A stretch of DNA of 64,000 bases from Takakia lepidozioides (taxonomy: Eukaryota; Plantae; Bryophyta): NCBI GenBank assembly GCA_030704615.1, contig CM060731.1, positions 11,470,001-11,534,000 on the forward strand, given 5' to 3'. This document shows positions 13,510-24,846 of this stretch, one piece after another. The notes under the pieces were generated by a model, which was not told the origin of the DNA, did not search any database, and saw only the letters and a list, made by a program, of their open reading frames with translations. The stretch's first letter is position 1; every line of letters starts with the position of its first letter. A program made the position numbers and the translations under genes.

Positions 13510-16500
13510 ATGGCCGGAGCTCGCGGTAGCGAGACCTTGACATCATGCTCAGTGGGGACAACCAGCGCGGGACAGTTGCATCGACAGAGACAGAGGCTGG
13601 TGGTGGAGAGAATAGTTGCTCTGCCGACTCTTGTGCACACGGCTTCAGACCATAGCGTGGACTTTGGCCGAAGGCCACCTGTGGGCACTGCCGGTCCTGG
13701 TGCTGCTTCACAATTTGGTTTCCGGCACCTGATACCAACTGAGGATGAATTCAGGTGAGTGGTTCTTCCAACAAGGGAAAATCGATGGCCACAGTACCAG
13801 TGCATTTCCTGATATAGAGAGTTTCCAGGACGGGCTATGGTATACAATGGTGCCAATTATGGCAGGTCGTATGTAGTGATGGCTTGAAGATGCATGGCAC
13901 CGATTCGGTCATATATTTAAAAGGTTGAAGGGCTGCAACAATGAATGCATTATCCAGTGGCAGCTGTGTGAATAAGCTGCATGGTGAAACATGTCAATTC
14001 TATTGCTCTGTGATATGCCTACCAGTTTTCCACTGGCTGCTGGTTGAAGGAGTGTTGCCATTGCTCTCAGGGAGGGGCTGGGCCTTGCAAAAGAGGAGGA
14101 GGAGGAGGAGGAGGAGGAGGGACACAGTCAAAAGCAGCATCCCCAGGGGTTTTGGACGCAGACTGTAAAAGTGAAGATTGGGAATGCATCCTTAAAAAGG
14201 TTGTTTAGTGGAGCCTTTGCAGGGGCGGTCTCAAGAACAGCAGTGGCCCCACTGGAGACAATTAGGACCCATTTGATGGTGGGGAGTGGGGGCCACTCAG
14301 TCACCGGGGTGTTCCAACATATCATGCAAACAGAAGGATGGCAAGGTCTGTTTCGAGGCAATGGTGTGAATGTCCTCCGAGTTGCTCCAAGTAAAGCAAT
14401 TGAGGTGAGTCTCAAAGATGAATTAATTCTCAGAATAGGCAGTTTTTGGGAGCTTGAGATTTAGGGTGTAATGTCTAAAGTATAGCAGAATGAGAGTTCA
14501 TCTATGTCTATTGCTCTGCCTCCACTCCTCCAAACTAAGCACAGGTTGTGTGGCCTGTATAGTTGTATGAACTCTTCACACCCCTAGCCTGATTGGCAGG
14601 CCAACACAATTGTTGATGCGATGTTGCTGGATTGTTTCATTCAGGGCATCCTTGAATCATATCTATGGGTGTGACACTTCCTGAACTTTTGTACGTAGTA
14701 AGAACCTCCTGAGGTTCTCAATATTGACCGGACAAGTGAGAGTCTTTTGTGGGGACTTTTGATTCTCCTCTTTGCATGGTTACTGTCCCCTGTCCTTCCA
14801 GCTTGGTGATGTATCATCACAATGCTTGGAAAGCACAGTCGTATAAGTAGCTTTTCTGATTTTTACGTGTATCTGTCTAATCTCCCTCTTTTCTGATTTT
14901 GTTTGGAAAAGTGAAAGAGAGGATGGAGAATGTGACAGGCAAATTGCAACAGGGCCGGTACTCCCTTTTCCATTTTTGTGTTTTTTAGGCTCCCATTGGA
15001 TCCACATTCTTATAGTGGTTCTATGGTTGGTTTGTACAGCTTTTTGCTTATGATTCAATGAAGAACATTTTGACACCAGAACCTGGACAGCCACCCCGCC
15101 TTCCTTTTCCAGTATCCACAGTGGCAGGGGCGTCAGCAGGTGTATGCTCCACCCTGTGTACGTACCCTCTCGAGTTGTTGAAGACCCGTCTAACCGTTCA
15201 GGTAAGGTCCTTCACAACATTGAGAAGCTGGATGATTAGGAACCTGTATTTAATTGATTTTTTCATTAATCATGCAGCTACAAAGACAGTCAGTAAAAGT
15301 GTGCTGGTGATGGATGGATTGGTTGGACGTGGAGAGTCACAGATTGTCTAGATGGACTATGTCATAGTGCAGAAAGCCGGCTGGTGATGCTGTCACACAT
15401 TATTGTTGACAAAGGTTCAGGTGTGCCTACCAGAAACTTCAACACAGAACTTGTGGGCTGACAGACCCCCCTCGTGAATCTGCATAGTTATCAGCTAGGA
15501 ATGCAAACAAAAAGAAATGGCCTTTGAGCCAGTGTTGATGTCCAAAGTTTGGAAGTGATAAACTAGTATACACCAGTAGATATACCCTGTTGCAAATGCG
15601 AATGAGCCAACAATGTCATATCAATTCCTTCAAGGGATGGTAATGAATCCTAGTTGAGACATTCTGTTGGCAGAGTTACCATTATATAGTTTTGGTAGTT
15701 CATAGTTATCAACCACAATCGATTCCTGCTTTGGTTTCTCTCGTGTCACACTCACTTGACATCTAATACCATCTTTGGAATATCAAATTCTGCAATTGCA
15801 GCGGGGTGTCTACAAGAATCTGATCCATGCGTTTGTGAAGATTTGGAAGGAAGAAGGCCCTCTTGAGCTCTATAGGGGCCTCTGTCCAAGCCTCATTGGA
15901 GTGGTACCATATGCAGCTATTAACTATTTTGCGTATGATACTATGCGCAAGACATACAGAGAGATGTCGAAACAGGACAAAATTGGTAATATTGAGACAC
16001 TTCTCATGGGATCCATAGCGGGGGCTTTGTCAAGTGCTGCGACGTTCCCCTTGGAGGTCGCTCGCAAGCAAATGCAGGTACATCTCTGATCTTAGATCAG
16101 ATGTGAGTAACTTGTAAGTAGAAGGTCTGGAGGGGTCATTTGGTGCTGGATCATACTTCTAGAGGCTGAATGTTGTCATTGCAGAGACTAGACTATGTAG
16201 TGATACCAAAATTCGGTGTTGTAGTTTGATACTTTATCACTGTCGTGGCAGTTAGTGTACAGATCTTCATGTCGTCCTGGAAGGCACTTTTTCTCCAATT
16301 TTCTTTTCTAAAGTAGACAGCATCAATGATGAGTTTGCTGGAGAATCTGCTGAAATGTCACTGCAATTTTTCTGGAGGGGTCATCCTTAAAAAGCCTGAA
16401 GGATGGCTTTGTCCAAGGCAGTTGTAACCATCAAATAAAGTTAAAAGTACCATACCCATCAAATCATGGGCCTGAGATCTCTGTGGACAAAACAAGATGG

Positions 16501-16810
16501 GCAGCAAGAGAGAATTTACACTAGTGTGTATCCCATTGCCATCACACCAGTGGTATAGGAAAATTAGATGCAGAATGCTTGAAGAACTATTTCTTTTGTG
16601 CTGCAGGTTGGTGCTCTCAGTGGGCGTCAGGTGTACACGAACATGTTTCATGCATTGTCTAGCATATTGGAGCAACAGGGACCTGGAGGCCTCTACCGAG
16701 GGCTTGGAGCTAGTTGCATAAAATTGATGCCAGCTGCCGGGATATCCTTCATGTGTTATGAGGCATGCAAACAAATTTTGATAGAGGAAGAGGAAAACAG
16801 GCGCCAATAA
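13510..16810 (+). CDS. BT1: Mitochondrial carrier family (SLC25) adenine nucleotide transporter, Brittle1-like, 5 exons
   Basis: Exons 13510-13754, 14071-14404, 15040-15201, 15802-16077 and 16607-16810 are in phase. Three PxExxK/R carrier repeats (PLETIRTHLMVG, PLELLKTRL, PLEVARKQMQ); C-terminal KLMPAAGISFMCYEACKQIL typical of BT1. Exon 1 is less certain. A (GAG)n tract encodes poly-Glu at ~14093-14119. Confidence 0.92.
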
Positions 16811-18970
16811 ATCCACACTCTATTCCAGAGCTATATAGTTTGTGCTCATGCTGCCAGTTTGAGGTGGAGTGAATGTTCTCTAATGCAAACTGAGACATGA
16901 TGTACAGAGTTGATCTGTACATCACATTACTCAACCAACACCAGATTTTTCACCACATGAGGAACACACCCACAGAGAGAGAGATGACTCCAACTGAAAT
17001 TAGTGCAAATAAGAGGCTCTACATCCCAACCCCCCCACCCCCCTGGTGAGTTAGGAAGCTCTTGTCCACGATATCAAATTTACCAGTCATTGCTGGTTGG
17101 TGTGGTGGTTATTTTTCTGGTGGATGGCCACCGTATACAGTGTGGAAGCACGCATTACCTTGGGCATTATGAGAAAGCTCTCACCACTTCCAGCAGTTGA
17201 TTGGCAAGCCATCAACCAATGTGCTTGAACATTCTCCAGTTTAAAGCTCCTGTCAACTTATGGCAGGCTGGGGCGTGTGCTCTCCTCAAGGTCTCAATCA
17301 CTGGAATCAAATGAAGACGCTAGTTTAAAATGTAGGAAGGTATAACACATCTTTGGTGAAGTGCAAAACTCAGTGCCTCGGGAACATGTACCATGAGATA
17401 GTGTGCAGCCTGTCAAGATCATCACTTTGGCATGTGAGTTCAGTTGGGTCATTTGTCATGTGGCATACAACAGTGGTCTACTGGAGTGATAATTTCTTTG
17501 TGCAGTGCGGGAGCATTGAGAAGAAGCTAGCGTTTCCCAAAATTGCAGGGTTGAGTGGGTGTTTCATGTATTGAAGAATCGACTTAGTTGCAACTTGATT
17601 TCATTCATAAACCATTAACCTAATATTTGGCTCGTCTGGAGTCCATTGTGTTGATAATTTGTCATGGGTGCAATGTGACTTGGACTACTAACACTTTGCC
17701 TGCATGTGAGGGGCCTGTTGTTTTCCAACTCTTATCTTATGGGGTCTATTGCCACAAACAAGGTCTTATTAGTATATTTGTTTCTGTTTTGCATCATGAT
17801 GTATTCCACCAATTTTGTGGGTGAGCTTGCCCCCATGACCTTGGGCCAGGTGAGCCCACACCTTGCCCACACCAGCCAGCAAGTAAGGTCTTATGACTGC
17901 GGAAGAAGACTTATATTGCAGAATTGAGTCATATATCCGTGGTAAACATCATGGATACATATGGGCCTCCATTTCTTCAATGGGTAAAAGGCGGATGAGC
18001 CCCAATCACTTACTTCATAGCGGACGTGATCAACTTGGACCACGACATCATGCAAGACAATAGAAAGAAAATGGAACTATCTGAGTGGATGGAAGATGGG
18101 TCATTGGAACAGCATACATTGAGACCAGTAATCCATGATGCCAAGACAATGTTGACAACTAAAACTGCTTTGTTATACCAGTGTTGTTAGGGAAAGCACT
18201 GCCTCACTAACAAGATCGCTTGAACACGCGCAAGTGGAGGAGAAAGCAGAAAGGAGTGTTCACCTTGTTTTGGAATCTGTAGTCTTTCAAGCATACTAAA
18301 AATTGAGCTGCTCAGAGTGAATCATGTTAGTTACCACCATGGTGAGGAGGACCTTGATTGTGGTAGTATGCTTCGCAGCTCTAGGCAGGGTGAAGACCAA
18401 GCAATTGGAATAGTGGCACAAGCTCCTCCTGACACAGGGTCCTTTGTGGTAGGTTCAAAGGTTCGTTGTTGGGAGACAGAGAGAATCTCATAATTAAATG
18501 AAGTCATTTGAAGCAAGCACGTGATGTTTTCTTTCTTGCTGAACGAAAAGCTAAATATGGTTGCAAGGAAAGTGGGAATGCAAAGTGGCCAGTCTAGAAA
18601 AAGACTGGATGTCTTTGCAGCATAGCATAGCTCTTCAAGACGGCCCTCCCCAGATCTATATCCCTGTAACTCAATTGCCTCCTCAATACCTAGGGGGCAA
18701 GCAAAAATGGCAATCCCCTTAAATCCCAGATCTTCTTAGTCCCCATAATTTTCCAGCTCTACGCTAAACTAATCTCCCACCTTCAGTTTTCGTCGATAGA
18801 ATAGTTGGCCTCTCTAAAAAAAATACCATGTACTTTCCAGGAAAAACCCATAGATAGGATGTTAAAGTAAAAAAGGATTTCGTGTAGTAGAGTAAACATG
18901 CAGCCTCCATCGTCCCTCCCCTCGGAACGAGAGACAGGGCAAGCTTTGGAGGTGTGCAGATCGTATCGCC

Positions 18971-19450
18971 ATGGCTCGCAATGATTGTGTCTCGTACTTC
19001 TACGACGGGGATGGTGGGAGCGTCTTCTATGGGTCTAACCATCCGATGAAGCCTGAACGCCTTTGCATGACGCACAGCCTTGTTTTGGCCTATGGCCTCC
19101 ACAACAAGATGGAGATCTGCAGGCCACACAAGGCGTATCCAGTGGAGTTGGCACAGTTCCATTCGACGGTTTATATCGAGTTTCTGCACAGGATAACGCC
19201 TCATCATCAAGCAAAGTATGCTGCGGAACTTGTGAGGTATAACCTGGGAGTTTGAATTTTGCCAAATCTATGCCGGAGGTACTATTGACGCAGCCCACAG
19301 ATTGAACCACGGATTGTATGACATCGGCATCAACTAGGCTGGGGACTTTCATCCATGCAAGACAATGTGAAGCCTCTGGGTTTTGCTATGTGAATGACTT
19401 GGTTTTGGGGATTTTGGAGCTTCTCAAGTACCATGCGCGTGTTCTTTATT
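18971..19450 (+). pseudogene. HDA9: Intronless, 3'-truncated class I histone deacetylase (HDA9/HDAC3-like) pseudogene
   Basis: VSYFYDGD..HPMKPERLCMTHSL..RPHKAYPVELAQFHS..RYNLG, then a deletion/frameshift, [23 protein letters not shown] (W to TAG), another frameshift, [27 protein letters not shown]. Stops abruptly before DIDVHHGDG. Confidence 0.9.
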
Positions 19451-19654
19451 CCTGAAACGACCACGCGACCCGAATTGGGTCACGTGGTTTTTACATCCAG
19501 CGACGCCGTTTTGGTAGATGAAGACGGATGAAGATATTTCCTGAACGAAAAATGTTGCCCTTCAAGAGACGCACATGGGCGAATAATGACGCGCCGCGTA
19601 GGATTTTTTGAGTGGGCAGGGGGACCTAAAATATGTGGCCCAGGGCCTGCCAGC

Positions 19655-20220
19655 AACCTTGACCGTTCAGCCATACTGTCGAAGAGTCCCTTCATACATG
19701 TCCACGACAGTATTGTTCAGAATGACATTTGGTACAATTGCAGCTCAGTGACTATGTCGCCATGGACCTCCTTGCCCTTTTCAAGAGGCTCGTTCAGCCA
19801 TAGTCTTGAAAACTCCCTTCGCATCCTTAATGCACCCACATTTGGCATACATGTCCACAAAGGCAGTGTTCAGAATGAAATCTGGTATAATTCCAGCTTT
19901 GACAATGTCACCATGGACCTCTTTCCTCTTTTCCAGAGCTCCCAGGCTTGCACAAGCATTGCAAACACAAACAAATGTGATGTGGTTGGACTTCACCCCT
20001 TCGCGCAGAATTTGCTCAATATAGGTCTCCAAAGCATTCGTACCACACCCATGCTTGGTAAATCCTGCCCACATTATATTCCACGTAATCAAAGATCATT
20101 GAGGCATTCTGTTGAACACTTGGTGAGCATCCACGATGTTCCCGCACTTAACATAGATGTTTGACAAGGGTGTTGAGTAGAAAAACATTTGGCGTGAATC
20201 CACTTTGGATAATGTGAGTA
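19655..20220 (-). pseudogene. PLS-class pentatricopeptide repeat gene fragment
   Basis: HIIQSGFTPNVFLLNTLV/NIYVKCG..DAHQVF..ITWN..GFTKHGCGTNAL..ITFVCVCNACASLGALEKRKEVHGDIVKAG..NTAFVDMYAKCGCIKDAKGVF, with a frameshift, a stop and a degenerate tandem partial copy at 19655-19785. Confidence 0.88.
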
Positions 20221-20834
20221 CTGATGTACAAATCCTACCATTCAACTATAGCATGGTAGGATCAACAAAATTAATGGCGTAGTCATTGCGCCAAAGCTGT
20301 AATCACCCACCGACCTAGTACTTACAAGTCCAAACTTGAACTAAAGAGGTTCGCAGATTGTTCAGAAAACAACATACAGATCCACACATCATCAAGTCAC
20401 AAAAGAAGACAACCTGTTCATAATAGTTGACAAGCCATTGAAGGCCCTTTAGCTAATACTCCTTCATACTGCCATTAAACGGTTTTGGCTGCTGCACTAG
20501 GGAAGTTGTTGGCATTGTTGACCTGCATTAGGGAAATGAATATTAGTTTTCCTCTGTAAGGACTTCATGAGAATGTATACTGACTCACTATATAGCCTAG
20601 AAGTAGAACAAACGGCAACAAGAAAGGCGAGTAACACTGCTACTACTGCAAACGTAAAACTAATTGGAGATGGACTGAATGCGAACACTTCCATCATGTG
20701 GATCCCTAGTCCAAAGAGCTCCCATCTCCATTCACTGTAAAGAGACAATCCAAATACAAATGCCCCAATTGGAATGGCCTCCGGCGACGGATCTGTTGGC
20801 AAACCGGCCATCTTTGTTCTGCATGAAATGGCAC

Positions 20835-21290
20835 ATGACCCATGGAGGATTTGGCTGACTATCAACCTAAAATGACCTCTTGTGTGTGCTGCTTGTGTCT
20901 GTAGTCAGGTAATGTCGGATTGGTCTGTGAGAACCACCACGGTGCAGCTGAGCAGGCAGAGATTGAAACACAGTCTGCTAAGACCAAGCTAAATCTCCCA
21001 AGGACCTTGTAAACATAAGGAAGAATACCAAATCATGGTACTAAGAGCCCACATTTGCACGATAGACAAACTTCTTCACATAGTACATTAAGAAAAGCCA
21101 CACCTTGCGATTGTGGTTGTCCCACCATCTGTGAGAGTATTCATAAAAAAAATGACGACGAAATGTGGCGATGAAACGTGGCGATGATGATGTGGTGACG
21201 AAAACGTGGCACTATGGCACCCTATTCCTGCTCTACGCTAAACTAGCTTCCGACCTTATTATGTCGTCGGTCGTAGCTAGAATTTAACCC
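20835..21290 (-). repeat. Dispersed repeat A; inverted paralogue of 50288-50795 (5' region of a PPR-linked locus)
   Basis: catgacccatggaggatttg, gtagtcaggtaatgtcggattggtc..aagaataccaaatc and ggcactatggcaccctatt..ctctacgctaaactagcttccgac match the reverse complement of 50288-50795. A ~48-bp piece also occurs at 18756-18803. Confidence 0.85.
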
Positions 21291-21445
21291 TAGGTTCGAG
21301 ACACCCCACTTATAAGTAATGACGCGTATTGTTTTGCAACGTCCTATTGCATTTAAGGTAATATGTGCTACCGGAACATGCGTAGGTAGATTGCTTCTGG
21401 TGTTGAGAGTAAGGAGATTTGAACACAAAGACGCCTGAACTTTGA

Positions 21446-21723
21446 CAAGGTTTTTCTTTTTGGCGAATTTTCGCCAAATGGCGACCTCAAAAAATAGAAA
21501 AGAATATTCTGTAGAAAATTCCATGTTTTTCCATAGATGAAATCGCCAAATTTCTCAAAAAAAAATAAAAATTATGGATGAATTCGCCAAATATGGATGA
21601 TATGAATGGATGAAAGTATGGATGTGGATGATTCTGTCCTAATTTGAACAGAATATATGCCTAATTTTTGCTAAACTCTGTAGCCACTCGTGCTATTTTT
21701 CGAATTATAAAAAAAAACCTCTG
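21446..21723 (+). mobile_element. hAT-type MITE, copy 1 (no TSD seen)
   Basis: Highly similar to 32728-33016; ends caaggttttt / aaaaacctctg; ggcga/tcgcca subterminal motifs. Confidence 0.75.
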
Positions 21724-21961
21724 ACGGAGACATCGATGTGACAAGTCCTGCAGCTCAACGCTCCGTGACCGTCGGATGCTGACTAGTACTCGCATATCGT
21801 GGCTGTCCATAATGGCGGGCGCGCCATGATCCCCAATTCAAAAAGGTGTCGATCCACTAAGCGGTTCTAGTAAGCGTGTTTAGTAGGTCACTAACCAAGG
21901 TTAAGTTAGAGGGGTGCGTGAAGAGACTCTACAGGGTCTTCTGCTTATAAAGGATTCTTCG

Positions 21962-22349
21962 CTGCTGTTGCTGAGGAGAATGCTTAAGCTGAGACGAGTA
22001 TAGAGAGAGCGAGAGAGCCCTGGTATTGTTTAGCAAGGGATCTTCTGTGTCCCACAGACATCAGTTCGTGATTTCGCTGCTCAGAGAGGCACTGCTGTTG
22101 CTGAGGAGAATGCTTACGCTGAGAGGAGTATAGAGAGAGCGAGAGAGATCAGTTGCTGGTATTAGCAAGGGATCTGCTGTGCGCCACAGAGATCAGTTCG
22201 TGATTTCGCTGCTCAGAGAGGCACTGCTGTTGCTGAGGAGAATGCTTACGCTGAGACGAGTATAGAGAGAGCGAGAGAGCCGTGGTATTGTTGAGCAAGG
22301 GATCTGCTGTGTGCCACAGAGATCAGTTCGTGATTTCGCTGCAGAGAGG
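21962..22349 (+). repeat. Three-copy tandem repeat, ~130-bp unit
   Basis: Units start at ~21962, 22092 and 22224 (ctgctgttgctgaggagaatgctta..gatcagttcgtgatttcgctgc), just downstream of a TATAAA at 21946. Confidence 0.9.
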
Positions 22350-22690
22350 GAGAGGTGCTTCTTGGTTAGGCTGGAAACTAGTAGGCACCAGGTCAGAATG
22401 ATGTCGAGAAGGATGCAATCCGTGGTGTAAATTGCCTTAGTGATCAATGCTGTATGCCAGCTCTGTAGTGCACGGAGATTCCGTCATCGACGTGATGCGA
22501 ATTGATTTGAATTTGTGCTGCAGGCAGCAACTTCAGGCGCTGCAGGCGCATCGCATCCAAACACAACATTGCTGATGCGGAGCCTCACGGCAGTTTGTTA
22601 ACTGTGATGTGTTCATCAGTGCCGAGGGGGTGACGTTGTCGATCAGGTTTTCCTTGCCGTGCGGGGCTGTATATCCACTTTGGTATGGCT

Positions 22691-22815
22691 GGTGACAAAT
22701 TTCATGTGCACGCAGTATCAACTTTGGTGTTTATCCAGCGCTCTACATAGTTGCGATGTCTATATACAGCGCTGGTGCAATGCCAAAGGTGATACGGCCT
22801 CTGAAATTTGTCACC
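22691..22815 (+). ncRNA. Candidate pre-miRNA fold-back hairpin
   Basis: ggtgacaaatttca pairs perfectly with tgaaatttgtcacc; gtatcaactttggtgtt pairs with aatgccaaaggtgatac (G:U pairs, one mismatch); ccagcgct pairs with agcgctgg; short loop; no credible ORF. Confidence 0.5.
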
Positions 22816-23064
22816 TTCGCATATGCACACCAGATGCTGTCATCATCAACATTATTATGTCTCTCCCACTCAGATTCCCTGCAATGATGGTACCTTCAGG
22901 CTGTAGCAAGAAAAGCTCGAAATAATAACCTGAACACAACGTCTGTTTGGAAGACTGATTGGCTCAGAAATCCGTATGCTCTCGCTAAGTCCAATTAGTC
23001 TAGTCTCAGCAAATTAAGCGGCTGCTGCAATATTTTCAATCTATAAATCCAGTGGATCTTGCCT

Positions 23065-23155
23065 TTGATGCCCAATGTGCAATGAATTCAGTAGGTAGTT
23101 TGACTGCTAGGAACATTATCTGGTGTGGCAGGTATGAGCCCATGCGGTACATGGA
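23065..23155 (-). repeat. Dispersed repeat B; inverted copy of 53402-53495
   Basis: gcaatgaattcagt..tttgactgctaggaacattatctggtgtggcaggtatgagcccatg matches the reverse complement of 53402-53495. Confidence 0.85.
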
Positions 23156-24372
23156 GCGAGTACTTTTTGCATGCATATGGCCCAATTTATGCTCATTCTT
23201 CCGAAGTGGTGACAGGTCTGTCCGTTGCTAGAAATGACAGGTATGGTTGTCATGAAGCTCCTAGTTTATTGAAAGTCTCATTGTATACTCTACTTGGCAT
23301 AATCTGTGACTACACTTTACTGTCACGACTTGATTTTGAGGTGCGATGAGTGAACATTTCAGTGACCGAGTGGGAGTGTATTGCCCTTTGAGCTCGAAGG
23401 TGGAAATGTCTCCAGGACCTGTACCTCATCTGAGATGAATAAAATCTGTGTAGAATTTCTAAACTACGAAGAGGAAAGGTGATTGATTCAACTTGGAGAG
23501 GTCATATCTCAAGCTGTGATTGCTTGTTAGTTTAAAAGAAGGTCCGAGACCACAGAGGGCAGGTCAAGGGTTTAAAAGTGAAGGTCCGCCTTCCAATTCG
23601 GAAATGGGCATGTTTGGACACTCAACCTCTGGATCTTCCTGAAGCTTTTCTGACATATCTAGGAAGTGCCTACCTAATTCAAAGGTGAAATTTTCGCTTG
23701 GATGAGAGAGGGGGTCTAATGTGCATAGTGGGCCTGTTTATCAGAGTTTCTCAAAATGCTGGAGGCAGTTAGGGTCAAGTCAAGACGACTATTTGAGAAA
23801 TTGTTGACAATGGAGATCGACTCATAACAAATCTGAACCTCGGGGTAGAAAAGCTCGCTGACAAAAAGTGTACATAATATTATTTTGGGAGTGCGCTCTA
23901 TACAACAGTTGAGAATTACGTTGTGGAGCATACCTACTAAAACAAGTGTTCCGCAACAATTAGGCATCACGTACTGTGCATCTGGTGGTCTTTCTAGTAC
24001 CATACATGAGATATGAATTTGGGAGCCCCACTGACTAAATGATTAGACACCATAGGATTAGTTCTTCAACAAAATCCACTTGCAAACATTACAAATATAG
24101 GAAGGGAGGTCTAATATCAGCAAGCAATTTGTTCTCTAATCCTGGGTTGGAAATTAGATCAAGAGGGGGGGAAGGCCCTGTAACTAATATTAGAGTGGTG
24201 TCCTGGGAAAAATAACCAGGCATACATGGTAAACAATCGGGTAATACCCAGACAAATTAATTAGGAGCCTCCAAGGGCAAGCTAGTCTATCCTCAGACCA
24301 CGGTTCACTGTGGGACAGCAAGCTACTAGCCGCGGCTGTTCTGAACAAATACACTGCGAGCACTTAGAGCGC

Positions 24373-24780
24373 GCAGAGACCACCGTCATCTCGAGCAAGC
24401 GAGAAAACTGAAGGATGTACCAGAGATGAAGCCATGTCTTAAATTAAGGCAGCCAACTATAAGACCTGAGTCCAACTAGCTAATCATCAGTTTCCAACTA
24501 ATAAGCTTGCGCGGCCTGATCCCAGTACACAGCCAGAATTGAAACCATCGTGACTGATCCATTGTGAAGGCAGGGGCAGAGATCACGACGCACTTATCTG
24601 GCAGAGACCACCTTCATCTCGAGCAAGCGAGAAAATTGAAGGATGTACCAGAGATGAAGTCATGTCTTAATAGGCAGCCAACTATAAGACCTGAGTCCAA
24701 CTAGCTAATCAGTTTCCAACTAATAAGCTTGCGCGGCCTGAACCCAGTACACAGCCAGAATTGAAACCAGGGGCAGAGAT
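24373..24780. repeat. Tandem duplication, ~228-bp period, downstream of the Dof-like ORF
   Basis: gcagagaccacc..cacagccagaattgaaacca occurs at 24373-24547 and again at 24601-24769, near-identical. Confidence 0.9.
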
Positions 24781-24846
24781 GACGATAAGTCTTCAGCGCT
24801 TCTGCCTGAGTACCTCAAAATTCAGATGCAGCATGTCAAGAGTATG

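Noticed and set aside
19460-19488. Hairpin as a Helitron 3' end
   Set aside because: No CTRR terminus at the expected distance on either strand.
19586-20164. 192-aa plus-strand ORF
   Set aside because: Antisense shadow of the PPR relic.
22574-22675. Second possible hairpin (agcctcacggca / tgccgtgcggggct)
   Set aside because: The stem is short and bulged, much weaker than the 22691-22815 fold-back.
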